Translations under genes and position numbers: made by a program
Notes under the pieces: model-generated
Database searches by the model: none
The model's input: only the letters and a program-made list of their open reading frames with translations
Told to the model about the DNA's origin: nothing
IMG/VR virus record: IMGVR_UViG_3300031566_000024
Reading direction: 5' to 3' (one strand)
Length of the DNA: 64,000 nucleotides
Source: an uncultured virus (IMG/VR IMGVR_UViG_3300031566_000024)
Lineage: Duplodnaviria; Heunggongvirae; Uroviricota; Caudoviricetes
Shown here: positions 55,584 to 64,000 of the stretch, piece by piece
Layout of the letters: the number at the start of each line of letters is the position of its first letter
How positions within the stretch are numbered: the first letter of the stretch is position 1

Positions 55584-56432
55584 ATGAAAAAAAAAGATTT
55601 GAATAAAAAAAGAAAAGAGAACCGTATAAATGATCAAAATAGTAGATTCGGTGCGAACTTTTACGATTACGAGGTGTTGAGTGATAAAGGTTTTGACAGG
55701 TTCAATCCCAAGGATGCGAAGTACACGATAACATTAGTACCGTTCTTAATCGGCAAGAACCCCTTTAAGGGAGAAACTACCGGCAGCCCTGCTTATGCTG
55801 TGTATCCTTATGTACATTACGGGCAAGGTGTGAACGGTAAAGACTCCGTCGTGTGTCTAATGGACACCTACGGGGAGCCTTGTCCTATTTGTGATCACAT
55901 CAATAAATCAGATTTGACAGAAGAAGAACGTAAACCATTAAAAGCAAAAAAAAGAATGTTCTGTCTAGTTTTAGAAAAAGGTGAAAAAAAAGTAAAGTTT
56001 TTTGCAGTGTCCGCGCCTTTGTTTGATATACCTCTTGATAGAGCTGTCACAGCTTTTACGCAGAAAGCTGAAGAAGCGCCTGCACCTTATTACATAGAAG
56101 GTGGATCGTATTTTACTTTTTTTGACCAAATATCACAGAAAAAAGGGTTGGACCGGTTCCATTCGTTCATTATCCACTCCGAAGAGTCAAAGTTGTTTGG
56201 AAAGATTAATAAAAAAATTACTGAACAGGTTTTTTCATTAGATGAGTTGGTGTATAAACCCACACATGCAGAAGTGCAGAAAGCTATGTATTTTGATATG
56301 GATGAATTAGATGATTCAGAGACAGATGAAAACGAAGAGCCGTTAGAAGCATATGTTGAACATTTGCCAAAAGAAAAGAAAAAGAAAAAGAAAAAGAAAG
56401 ATAAAAAGAAGAAGGATAAGGATAAGGATTAA
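55584..56432 (+). CDS. Single-stranded DNA-binding protein (gp32-like)
   Basis: VHY..G......VC...YGEPCPIC zinc site; acidic then Lys-rich tail. Confidence 0.75.
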   Translation: MKKKDLNKKRKENRINDQNSRFGANFYDYEVLSDKGFDRFNPKDAKYTITLVPFLIGKNPFKGETTGSPAYAVYPYVHYGQGVNGKDSVVCLMDTYGEPCPICDHINKSDLTEEERKPLKAKKRMFCLVLEKGEKKVKFFAVSAPLFDIPLDRAVTAFTQKAEEAPAPYYIEGGSYFTFFDQISQKKGLDRFHSFIIHSEESKLFGKINKKITEQVFSLDELVYKPTHAEVQKAMYFDMDELDDSETDENEEPLEAYVEHLPKEKKKKKKKKDKKKKDKDKD

Positions 56433-56434
56433 TC

Positions 56435-56704
56435 ATGAATACAGAAGACCATGAATTTATTAATGGCCTTTGCAATCTTGCAGGGGCCATTGCATATTTG
56501 AAAAAAAACAAAAAGCCCATGAATTCCGGGACATTCAAAAACTGGTTTCAGCAAATTGGATGGTCAGACCAAATAGGATATATGCGAATATACAAAAAAA
56601 GTGATTTGGATAAAATAATTAAAGGTGTTGTAAAATATGGAGAATGGAAAGCCGAAGACCACAGGAAAAAAATTAAAAGTAACAAAGATAGAAAAAATAA
56701 TTAA
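56435..56704 (+). CDS. Small putative DNA-binding protein
   Basis: A.AYL......TF.NW....G....G..RIY.KSDLD (excisionase-like HTH pattern). Confidence 0.55.
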   Translation: MNTEDHEFINGLCNLAGAIAYLKKNKKPMNSGTFKNWFQQIGWSDQIGYMRIYKKSDLDKIIKGVVKYGEWKAEDHRKKIKSNKDRKNN

Positions 56705-57695
56705 AAAAGCAATGAGGCGAAAGCCATTAGTTGAATTTATCACAACCGGCTGTGATATGTATGATCTGGTGTTGGGCGGGGGTTACATTCAGGGTGGGCT
56801 CATAAACATCGTAGGTGATAAATCAACATGCAAGTCATTACTGGCTACTGAGTGTGTAGCGGCCAACAGGGATGTGCCGCACCAATATTTTGATGAGGAA
56901 TCCGGCGCAAAATTTGACACACAAGCTGTATACGGTATGGACATATATGCCGAAGTGGTGCCAGAAACATTAGAAGAATTTGCATATTCGACCTTCCCTG
57001 TTTTTTATAGAGACAAACAACAGTCACTAACTGTTGTAGACAGTTATGATGCATTACAAAGCAAAGCTGCACGGATACGACAGCAGGAAGAGGAACAGCG
57101 GTACAAAAAAAATCAAGACCCTGATCCGGAAAATAAAGGTTCTTACAAACTTGAAAAGCCCAAATTACTGAAAGAATTTCTGGGCTCCCATATTGTGGCT
57201 ATGCAAAAGAAAAAAGCGACGTTAATTTTTATATCCCAGTTGATAGCGAACCTGGACAATCTTATGTACAAACCTAAGCACAAGAGAACGGGTGGTAAAG
57301 CACTCGATTTCTATTCAAGTCAAATAATCTGGCTAAGAGAGGTAGAAAAGCACTTCAAAAAAGGGCGGGCAATAGGCGTTACTGTCGAGATCCGAACCGA
57401 AAAATGTAGAAGCGCGACACCTTTTCGAAGTTGTTATATACAAGTATTGTTTGGCTATGGTGTTGATAATGTCACAACTAATCTTTTATTTCTGTATGAC
57501 ATGTATACAGCGAAAGAGGGGAAATTAAAAAAAAGCGCAACTGTTGTATGGGATGGTGTGGAGATGACATTAGATCAGGCTGTCGAGCATATCGAAGTGA
57601 ATAACCAGGAAGCGGAATTAAAAAAAAGAATCGTTGAAAAGTGGCATAAGATAGAAAACGAGATTGGACCTGGCAAGCGGAAAAGGAAATATTAA
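56637..57695 (+). CDS. RecA/UvsX-like recombinase
   Basis: TG...D.VLGGG, GDKSTCKS, VVDS, ISQ, TGGKAL.FYSS. Confidence 0.92.
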   Translation: MENGKPKTTGKKLKVTKIEKIIKKAMRRKPLVEFITTGCDMYDLVLGGGYIQGGLINIVGDKSTCKSLLATECVAANRDVPHQYFDEESGAKFDTQAVYGMDIYAEVVPETLEEFAYSTFPVFYRDKQQSLTVVDSYDALQSKAARIRQQEEEQRYKKNQDPDPENKGSYKLEKPKLLKEFLGSHIVAMQKKKATLIFISQLIANLDNLMYKPKHKRTGGKALDFYSSQIIWLREVEKHFKKGRAIGVTVEIRTEKCRSATPFRSCYIQVLFGYGVDNVTTNLLFLYDMYTAKEGKLKKSATVVWDGVEMTLDQAVEHIEVNNQEAELKKRIVEKWHKIENEIGPGKRKRKY

Positions 57696-57696
57696 A

Positions 57697-58287
57697 ATGA
57701 AGAAGGGTGGGAGTAAAAATAAAGGTAATGCTTTTGAAAGAGAGGTAGCAAAAAAACTTAGTTTGTGGCTAACAGATAATGTATTATCTGATGCCGTATG
57801 GCGGTCGGACACATCCGGCGGACGTTCTACTTTGCGCATAAAGAAAGGTGAGAAAAAAACACAGAACATGATTGATAATGCCGGAGATTTGAAATCAGTT
57901 ATACCGCAAGGACAATATGACAATCTTGATAGATTTTTTAATCAGTTTTGTGTCGAGCTTAAATTTTATAAAGAAATTAATATGCGTATACCATTAAAAG
58001 GGCATCTGGTCAAGTTTTTTGACCAGTGTTTACAGCAGCAAGCACAAACACAGAAAGACATATTTTTAGTTGTAAAATCTAATCGTAAAAAAACACTTAT
58101 TTTTACAAGTATATACATTAAATGTGGTAATCGTTTATCTTTGTATATATATAAAGATAAGGGTTTTCACTGCTATCTTTTAGACGATTTTTTTGTAGAC
58201 ACAAAAGATTGTGATTGTAGTAGTAGGATACCTGGTACTTTTTGCTTTTTGGATGGATCTTTATATGTTAACAAAACTGATAATTGA
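57697..58287 (+). CDS. Holliday junction resolvase-like nuclease (PD-(D/E)XK)
   Basis: SK.KGNAFEREVAKKLS.W, WR...SGG, GD, ELK. Confidence 0.85.
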   Translation: MKKGGSKNKGNAFEREVAKKLSLWLTDNVLSDAVWRSDTSGGRSTLRIKKGEKKTQNMIDNAGDLKSVIPQGQYDNLDRFFNQFCVELKFYKEINMRIPLKGHLVKFFDQCLQQQAQTQKDIFLVVKSNRKKTLIFTSIYIKCGNRLSLYIYKDKGFHCYLLDDFFVDTKDCDCSSRIPGTFCFLDGSLYVNKTDN

Positions 58288-59149
58288 AAATATACAGAGT
58301 CATAAGCACACTGTAACAAATTTCAAGTCTGGAATCAATGCCATTATAGGCCCATCTGGAACGGGGAAAAGTGCGCTGGTGAGGTCGATAATAATAAACC
58401 TCACCAACCAGCCGGCGCAAATGCAATCACAGTTAATCAGACATGGCGAGAAAGGTTATTGTATAACCACAGAAGATGATAGAAACAACAGCATAACCCG
58501 TAAAAAAGCACCCGGTATAAATCAATATATTGTGAATGATAATGTATTGGAAGCGGTTAATAAATCCGTACCTGTTGACGTGCAGGATATATTTAATTTT
58601 ACAGAAATTAATTATTCCAGTCAATTATCAGGTGCTTTTTTATTTCATTTTACTTCGGGTGAGATTGGAAAATACATTAATAGCATTGTGGACCTTGACA
58701 TAATGACCAACTGTCTATCAAACATAGAAAAGCGAAAAAATAAAGAAAGTAGAAATATAGAGCAGCTTGAAAAAGAGCTTACAGAAAAAGAGACAGAGTT
58801 AGAAAGGTATGCCGGGTTATCAGACATGGTGAAAGACATCAAAAAACTTAAAAAATTAGATAATAAAAAGAATACAATAATAAAGCTTATAAGCAATCTA
58901 AAAAAATTGTATGGTCAATATATTGAATGTAAGCAAAAACATACTGTTGGTATACCGACAATGCCTGAAAAGTTATTGGCTGAGTACCAGGCGATTGACC
59001 AGAAGATTGTTCTGTTATCAGAGTATAGTGATTTGAAAGATCTGTATGATAATGGAAATAAGCACTTACAGCAAATGGAGAAAGAGCTCAAAAGACTTAC
59101 ACCCGATAATATTTGCCCTTTATGCGGGAAAGAAGGAATTAACAGATGA
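58265..59149 (+). CDS. SbcC/Rad50-like ATPase, N-terminal half
   Basis: L.I.N.QSH, GPSGTGKS, Q-loop, coiled coil ending in CPLCG. Confidence 0.9.
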   Translation: MLTKLIIENIQSHKHTVTNFKSGINAIIGPSGTGKSALVRSIIINLTNQPAQMQSQLIRHGEKGYCITTEDDRNNSITRKKAPGINQYIVNDNVLEAVNKSVPVDVQDIFNFTEINYSSQLSGAFLFHFTSGEIGKYINSIVDLDIMTNCLSNIEKRKNKESRNIEQLEKELTEKETELERYAGLSDMVKDIKKLKKLDNKKNTIIKLISNLKKLYGQYIECKQKHTVGIPTMPEKLLAEYQAIDQKIVLLSEYSDLKDLYDNGNKHLQQMEKELKRLTPDNICPLCGKEGINR

Positions 59150-59280
59150 AATTAGCAATAGTAGGATCAAGAGGTTTCTACAACGTTAACGATTATAACA
59201 AGGTGCAGGATGCTATACATAGATTTTTTATTGATACAGCTATCAAGTTACAGAAACTGGTAATAATAATGCCAATATAA
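59146..59280 (+). pseudogene. Internally deleted SLOG/YspA-like gene (44 aa)
   Basis: MKLAIVGSRGF joined to IDTAIKLQKLVII; central SGGA.GAD and RN motifs absent. Confidence 0.55.
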
Positions 59281-59292
59281 AGGAAGGCAAAA

Positions 59293-60081
59293 ATGAAATT
59301 ATTATTTACAGCTGATTGGCACATTAGAACCACACAGCCCGTAAATCGAATTGACGATTTTTTACTGCTACAAAAAGAAACTGTAAAATTCATATACGAT
59401 ACTGCATTTGATAATCATGTTGATTATGTAGTTATTGCTGGTGATCTTTTCCATTGCGCAAGGGACCGATATCCACAGGAAATGTTAATCTTTCTTAATG
59501 ATAGCATGTTACAGTTTTCTACTGTGTACATACCGGGTAATCACGATCTGTTATACCATGCAGACACTAAGGAATATATGTCAAATATAGGATTGCTTAA
59601 TCGTATGTCTGACAGATCAGACATACCGAACAATATTGATGTCTATCATCAATATTGTTCAATTGTGGTACCACCATATATCGAAAAAGGCACCACTGCA
59701 AAAGATCTATGCGAACAGTCAATCAAAGACGTTATATTAGTTGGTGATAATCACCAATCATTTGTGTATCGGCACCCGGAAACTATGCAATTATTAGTTA
59801 ATCCTGGTTGTATCACGCGCCAAAAGCTATCAGAGAAAGATTACAAACCCTCAATATATATTTATGATTTTGATAATAAAAGCGCACAGCGTGTGTATCT
59901 CTTAGATAAGAGAGATAACGTGTTTGCAGAAAATAGAGCAAAAAACTTGAAATCAATAGAATCATATCGACGCATTGACGGTGTTGAAGGTCTTGATTTT
60001 GAAGAAAAAATATTAAATTATAATAAAAAAATGATGGTAAAAGAACCTGTCAAGGCAATAATCATGGAGTGTTTGTCATGA
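59293..60081 (+). CDS. SbcD/Mre11-like metallophosphoesterase nuclease
   Basis: ADWH, AGDLF, GNHD, GDNH, NPG. Confidence 0.92.
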   Translation: MKLLFTADWHIRTTQPVNRIDDFLLLQKETVKFIYDTAFDNHVDYVVIAGDLFHCARDRYPQEMLIFLNDSMLQFSTVYIPGNHDLLYHADTKEYMSNIGLLNRMSDRSDIPNNIDVYHQYCSIVVPPYIEKGTTAKDLCEQSIKDVILVGDNHQSFVYRHPETMQLLVNPGCITRQKLSEKDYKPSIYIYDFDNKSAQRVYLLDKRDNVFAENRAKNLKSIESYRRIDGVEGLDFEEKILNYNKKMMVKEPVKAIIMECLS

Positions 60082-60314
60082 ATGACATTGTTGTAGCGTA
60101 TACAGCACTTACAAAAAGAATAGAAAGAAATAATACAAAGCAGGCCGAATTAGCAGGGCAGCTAAAAGCACTACAAAAAGAGTTAACCGGTGCAGGGCTT
60201 ACGGCATTTGAATCGGTCCCAGAAGAGTTGAAAATATTGGAAGCGAAGAAACAAAAAATCGCAAAAAAATTAAATAAGATACTTGACAAAATAGGTAGAG
60301 TATTGAATGATTGA
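60078..60314 (+). CDS. Small coiled-coil protein
   Basis: Heptad pattern; coupled between SbcD and the SbcC C-terminal half. Confidence 0.7.
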   Translation: MNDIVVAYTALTKRIERNNTKQAELAGQLKALQKELTGAGLTAFESVPEELKILEAKKQKIAKKLNKILDKIGRVLND

Positions 60315-60912
60315 CTGTATTATAGAGAAAGTGAATGAGAGAAAAGGTGCGTACAAACTCTTACAGCAGCAAAAGAATAAAATAAAAGAAAGCCTTACAA
60401 TTGAACGACAACAAAACAATTACACCTGCGAGGCCTTGGAAATAATTCAAAAATTAGCATTGGAAACACAAGAGCAGTTAACTTTTCATATAACGGACAT
60501 GGTTAATTTTGCCGTTAGTCAGATTCCGTTTCAGGCGGCATACACATTCGAAGCAAAATTTCTTATTAAGAATAATAAGCCAGCCTGTGAATTTTTTTAT
60601 GTTCGGGACGGGCAAAAGATGCAGCCCAAATTTGATAGCGGTGGTCTACTTGACGTGGTGTCATTGGCTTTACGGTTATCGCTGTGGAGTTTAAAAAAGG
60701 GTAAGAAGTCCAATATATTTATACTGGACGAGCCTTTCAAACATCTATCAGATGATTTACTTCCATACGCTTGTGATATGCTAAGAGTGTTAACGGACAA
60801 ATTACAATTACAAGTGATCTTGATTACACAAAAAAGAGATTTTGAAAATATAGCGGACAACATACTACACACAATATTAGAAGATACAGAAACCACAATT
60901 AAGGCTTTATGA
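60307..60912 (+). CDS. SbcC/Rad50-like ATPase, C-terminal half
   Basis: DSGG..DV.SLALR signature, ILDEPF..L Walker B, Q.ILIT. Confidence 0.9.
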   Translation: MIDCIIEKVNERKGAYKLLQQQKNKIKESLTIERQQNNYTCEALEIIQKLALETQEQLTFHITDMVNFAVSQIPFQAAYTFEAKFLIKNNKPACEFFYVRDGQKMQPKFDSGGLLDVVSLALRLSLWSLKKGKKSNIFILDEPFKHLSDDLLPYACDMLRVLTDKLQLQVILITQKRDFENIADNILHTILEDTETTIKAL

Positions 60913-61557
60913 ATGATTGAAAAGAAAAAAAGAGTGACACGAAAAGAAACCAAAGTCAGATCCTTACAAATATGTAAGGATCTTATTGGTGATAAGGTAT
61001 ACAAAGAGTTAAAGGCTGCAGGTTTAGAACCGCGAGAAATTAAATTTTGTGCAATATATACACATACACTTGATGTTGTAGAGGCGTACCAGCAGTATAG
61101 TTTGCGGGGTGTGACAGAAAAAACAGCGTATCAATCGGGTAATGCATTATTACAGATACAGCATATTAAGAAAGCAATTAACATGTTAATTAATAGAGCG
61201 TTTGATGCACTGAAACCAATATTGAAAAAAGAAATTATCGAAACTCTTCGACTACGCGCCTTTTATGACGTCGCTGCATTTGTGAATGAGGATGGTACAG
61301 CAAAGAAAATCAATGAAATAGACAAGTCATTAAGGAAGTCTGTCATTGACGGTGTAGAGCGCAAGCATTACGGAAAAGATGGTAACGAGATCGAAACTGT
61401 GTTGAAGCTGGCAAATAGAGATAAGGCACTGACTGAGATCATAGCCATTATAAATTTGATAAATAAAGTAGAAAATAACACTGTAATAGGCATTAACGCA
61501 GAAGCACAAAAGACATTAATAAATATTTTCAGTGCGCGGAAAGATAATAATGAATGA
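60913..61557 (+). CDS. Terminase small subunit
   Basis: KFC..Y......AY, TA...G..LL, AF.D, KL..RDKAL; precedes TerL. Confidence 0.85.
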   Translation: MIEKKKRVTRKETKVRSLQICKDLIGDKVYKELKAAGLEPREIKFCAIYTHTLDVVEAYQQYSLRGVTEKTAYQSGNALLQIQHIKKAINMLINRAFDALKPILKKEIIETLRLRAFYDVAAFVNEDGTAKKINEIDKSLRKSVIDGVERKHYGKDGNEIETVLKLANRDKALTEIIAIINLINKVENNTVIGINAEAQKTLINIFSARKDNNE

Positions 61558-62854
61558 TGATGTACTTGAAGCAATAGACCTTGAATACATTCGAGATAAT
61601 CCATATGTATTAGGCCATTTGGCAGGGTTCACAAAACTTACACCCCTACATTCGGAGTGGATTAAGTATATTTGGAATCCTCAACAAGAAAAAAGAGCTT
61701 TACAGGCCCACCGCTATAGTTACAAAACCACAGCGATAATAGTAATTGGTGTAATATATTGGCTTCTTTTTCATCCTAACGCTACAATAGGTATTGTTAG
61801 AAAAACCGTGACAGACGCGCAAGAATGTCTTAGAAATATATCCACACTGATGCAAAAGGACGAATTCAAAGCAATTTTTTTGAAAGCACACGGCATAACG
61901 CCCCGACTGGAAGAGGATAACGCCAACACATTAAGATTTAATTTCAAAGAAACCGTCACCAGGGAAGGCTCTGTAAATGCCTACGGCATCAAGACAGGCG
62001 CAACCGGGAAACATGTCGATGCCGCTATATGTGATGATTTTGTAACGATCGATGATAAAATTAGTGTGGCAGAAAGAAAAAGAACTGCTGCAATGATGGA
62101 AGAATTGATTATCAATGTACTTAATCCGGCAGGTCTTATAGGGTTCATTGGTACGCCCTGGCATCGTAACGACTGTTGGAGTTTGAAAGCCATACCGGAA
62201 CCGAAACAATGGGATGTGAACAGTACAGACATATTGACAGAAGTGGAAAAAGCGGATAAACGAAAAAACACAACGGCTATCACATGGGCGGCTAATTACC
62301 TATTGAAGCACGTATCCAGCGAAGACGCGTTGTTTAAAAATCCTCATTATGCAAAATGGCAATACCAGCACAAAAAAGCAATAGGGCATATAGACAAAGC
62401 GTATAGCGGCAATGACACAACGGCTATTACATTTTGTGAGAAGAAACCAGATGGTAGATACCAGGTTATAGGGCTGGTGTTTACTGCAAATATAAAAGAT
62501 AAATGGGATTTTATCTTACAGAAATACAAACAGTTTTATGTAGGCACTGTGCACACTGAGAACAATGATGATAAAGGTTTTGCAACCGATGAACTACGAA
62601 AGAAAGGAATTCTTGCAAGCGACTATCACGAGCACATGAACAAGCATGTCAAAATACAAACCTACTTACTTGAAAATGGCTTCTTTGATTTGATTGATTT
62701 TGATATTGAATTATCAGATCCGGAATATATCACACAGGTACTTGATTATGTAGAGAATTCCACACCTGATGACGCGCCGGATTCGCTTGCATGCATTGGC
62801 CGTATTCTAATAGGCAAAGATGCACAGTTTATTGAGCGTTGGAAAAATAAATAA
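61550..62854 (+). CDS. Terminase large subunit
   Basis: AHR.SYKTT, TG.H.D.AI.DD, IGTPWH..D, HID.AY.G.D.TA, E.N.D.G, DDAPDS. Confidence 0.92.
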   Translation: MNDDVLEAIDLEYIRDNPYVLGHLAGFTKLTPLHSEWIKYIWNPQQEKRALQAHRYSYKTTAIIVIGVIYWLLFHPNATIGIVRKTVTDAQECLRNISTLMQKDEFKAIFLKAHGITPRLEEDNANTLRFNFKETVTREGSVNAYGIKTGATGKHVDAAICDDFVTIDDKISVAERKRTAAMMEELIINVLNPAGLIGFIGTPWHRNDCWSLKAIPEPKQWDVNSTDILTEVEKADKRKNTTAITWAANYLLKHVSSEDALFKNPHYAKWQYQHKKAIGHIDKAYSGNDTTAITFCEKKPDGRYQVIGLVFTANIKDKWDFILQKYKQFYVGTVHTENNDDKGFATDELRKKGILASDYHEHMNKHVKIQTYLLENGFFDLIDFDIELSDPEYITQVLDYVENSTPDDAPDSLACIGRILIGKDAQFIERWKNK

Positions 62855-62909
62855 AGTTTTTGTTGACAAGGATAAGAAAATATAGTATCAATATAGAAAA
62901 GGAAAGCGG

Positions 62910-63191
62910 ATGAATAGAAACGAAAAATTGTTAAAAATATTAAAGTATAAAGGTACAGCCACACAAATTTTAAAATTTTGTGAAGAGGCTGCCGAAGCCA
63001 TACAGGCAGTAGCAAAGGCGGACCGGGAAAAGATTATTGAAGAATTTGCCGACTTGGAAAACCTAAAAGCACAAATACAAATTATGTATACAATTACAAG
63101 TAAAGAGATCCGAGACATGCAAGACAAAAAAATAACCCGGCAATTGGACCGGATCAAAAAAGAAAAGGATGGTAGGAATGAAAAAAGATAA
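62910..63191 (+). CDS. MazG-like nucleotide pyrophosphohydrolase
   Basis: Q..K..EE.AE..QA..K....I.EE.AD. Confidence 0.8.
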   Translation: MNRNEKLLKILKYKGTATQILKFCEEAAEAIQAVAKADREKIIEEFADLENLKAQIQIMYTITSKEIRDMQDKKITRQLDRIKKEKDGRNEKR

Positions 63192-63462
63192 GTTTGAAAA
63201 AAAATGTAATGATTGGTTTAAACGATGTACAGATGATTTGGGGATTAATTCGCAATATGTGGCTTTAATACAAAATCCTGATTTTTTATACGCTGCATAT
63301 GTGGAAGAGATTAAAAAAGGATTAAAAGATTTTACTGTGCACATGGAAAAAGAAGTCGGAGCAGCAATAACACGAGCCGCGGCTATACATGATTCTAAGG
63401 AGCAGATAAATATTTTAATAAAAAAACTGATAAAATCAAAAAGGAAAGAAGGTGCAAAATGA
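63178..63462 (+). CDS. Hypothetical protein
   Basis: Overlaps MazG-like gene; helical. Confidence 0.65.
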   Translation: MKKDKFEKKCNDWFKRCTDDLGINSQYVALIQNPDFLYAAYVEEIKKGLKDFTVHMEKEVGAAITRAAAIHDSKEQINILIKKLIKSKRKEGAK

Positions 63463-64000
63463 ATACAGTACGGCATATATATTTTCAAAATATAGAAATT
63501 GCGGTGAGTAGTTCAGATGTATGTTCTTATACGTGTGGTGGTTCTAAGTGGGTATCCTATGATATATGGCTGGCTGTGAAGAACATTAGAAAGATTACTT
63601 ATTGTCAAACCGAAAGAGATAGAGCGTGGTTATCATACAAAGGATATAATTTTTTAGCTGTGGAAGCTGCTACACAGTCTAACAATATTGTACGTTACAA
63701 AAATGACATTGGTATTTACCACAAAGAGTGGATCACTCTAAAAGGTTGTTTGGACTATATAGACATGGTAGAAAAGAAAAAACAGGAGAATAGAATATTA
63801 CCCACTACTGTAAGAATAGACGGTGCCATAAAATGCAATATAAAAGCTTCTGTATCGAAAGACGTAAAAGAAAAACTAGAAGATCTTAAATCATATGTAA
63901 CAACTTATTGTGGATATGTAATAAGAGATTGTGATCCCGCATTACATAATGGAAATAATTTTTATGTTGATGGTACAGAGTGTACAGACGATGTTAAGCC
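63459..64000 (+). CDS. Hypothetical protein, truncated by the window end
   Basis: MNTVRHIYFQNIEIAV..., open to 64000; ATGA overlap. Confidence 0.7.
   Translation, partial: MNTVRHIYFQNIEIAVSSSDVCSYTCGGSKWVSYDIWLAVKNIRKITYCQTERDRAWLSYKGYNFLAVEAATQSNNIVRYKNDIGIYHKEWITLKGCLDYIDMVEKKKQENRILPTTVRIDGAIKCNIKASVSKDVKEKLEDLKSYVTTYCGYVIRDCDPALHNGNNFYVDGTECTDDVK

Larger units (their letters stand above)
1..64000. mobile_element. Tailed dsDNA bacteriophage (myovirus-type) genome segment, probably lytic
   Basis: Head, contractile tail, baseplate, terminase and replication modules are all present; no cellular housekeeping operons; no intact integrase or repressor recognised. Confidence 0.96.

Noticed and set aside
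1..64000. Stop-codon reassignment
   Set aside because: Core genes are full length in the standard code, all three stops end genes, and no suppressor tRNA was found

Overview
The whole window looks like a large part (probably most) of an AT-rich tailed dsDNA phage genome with a contractile tail. From left to right: (1) 0.1-10 kb, an accessory region of small, often Cys-rich genes behind near-consensus sigma70 promoters; (2) 10.2-34.0 kb, morphogenesis genes (portal, head morphogenesis, HNH-fused DUF2213-like maturation protein, capsid, neck, sheath/tube, tape measure, baseplate, fibre), interrupted by an oppositely oriented microprotein cassette; (3) 34.1-42.7 kb, a minus-strand operon ending in seven tandem internalin-like LRR genes; (4) 42.6-47.4 kb, primase, SF2 helicase and a putative replication initiator; (5) 47.4-49.0 kb, an RNA island; (6) 49.0-60.9 kb, DnaB, clamp-like protein, UDG-PolA, clamp loader, SSB, RecA, resolvase and a split SbcCD; (7) 60.9-62.9 kb, terminase. 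Two candidate novel systems stand out. The first is the LRR array: 45 repeat units with conserved caps, variable repeat number, shared modules between paralogs and hypervariable concave-face codons, i.e. a possible phage-encoded repertoire of variable binders. The second is the RNA island: a ~490-nt highly base-paired RNA with its own promoter and terminator, one normal tRNA, two atypical tRNA-like genes, an anticodon-loop mimic and a further multi-stem RNA. No endolysin, intact integrase, repressor, reverse transcriptase or CRISPR array was recognised. All family assignments and RNA structures were made by eye; no searches or folding programs were run.
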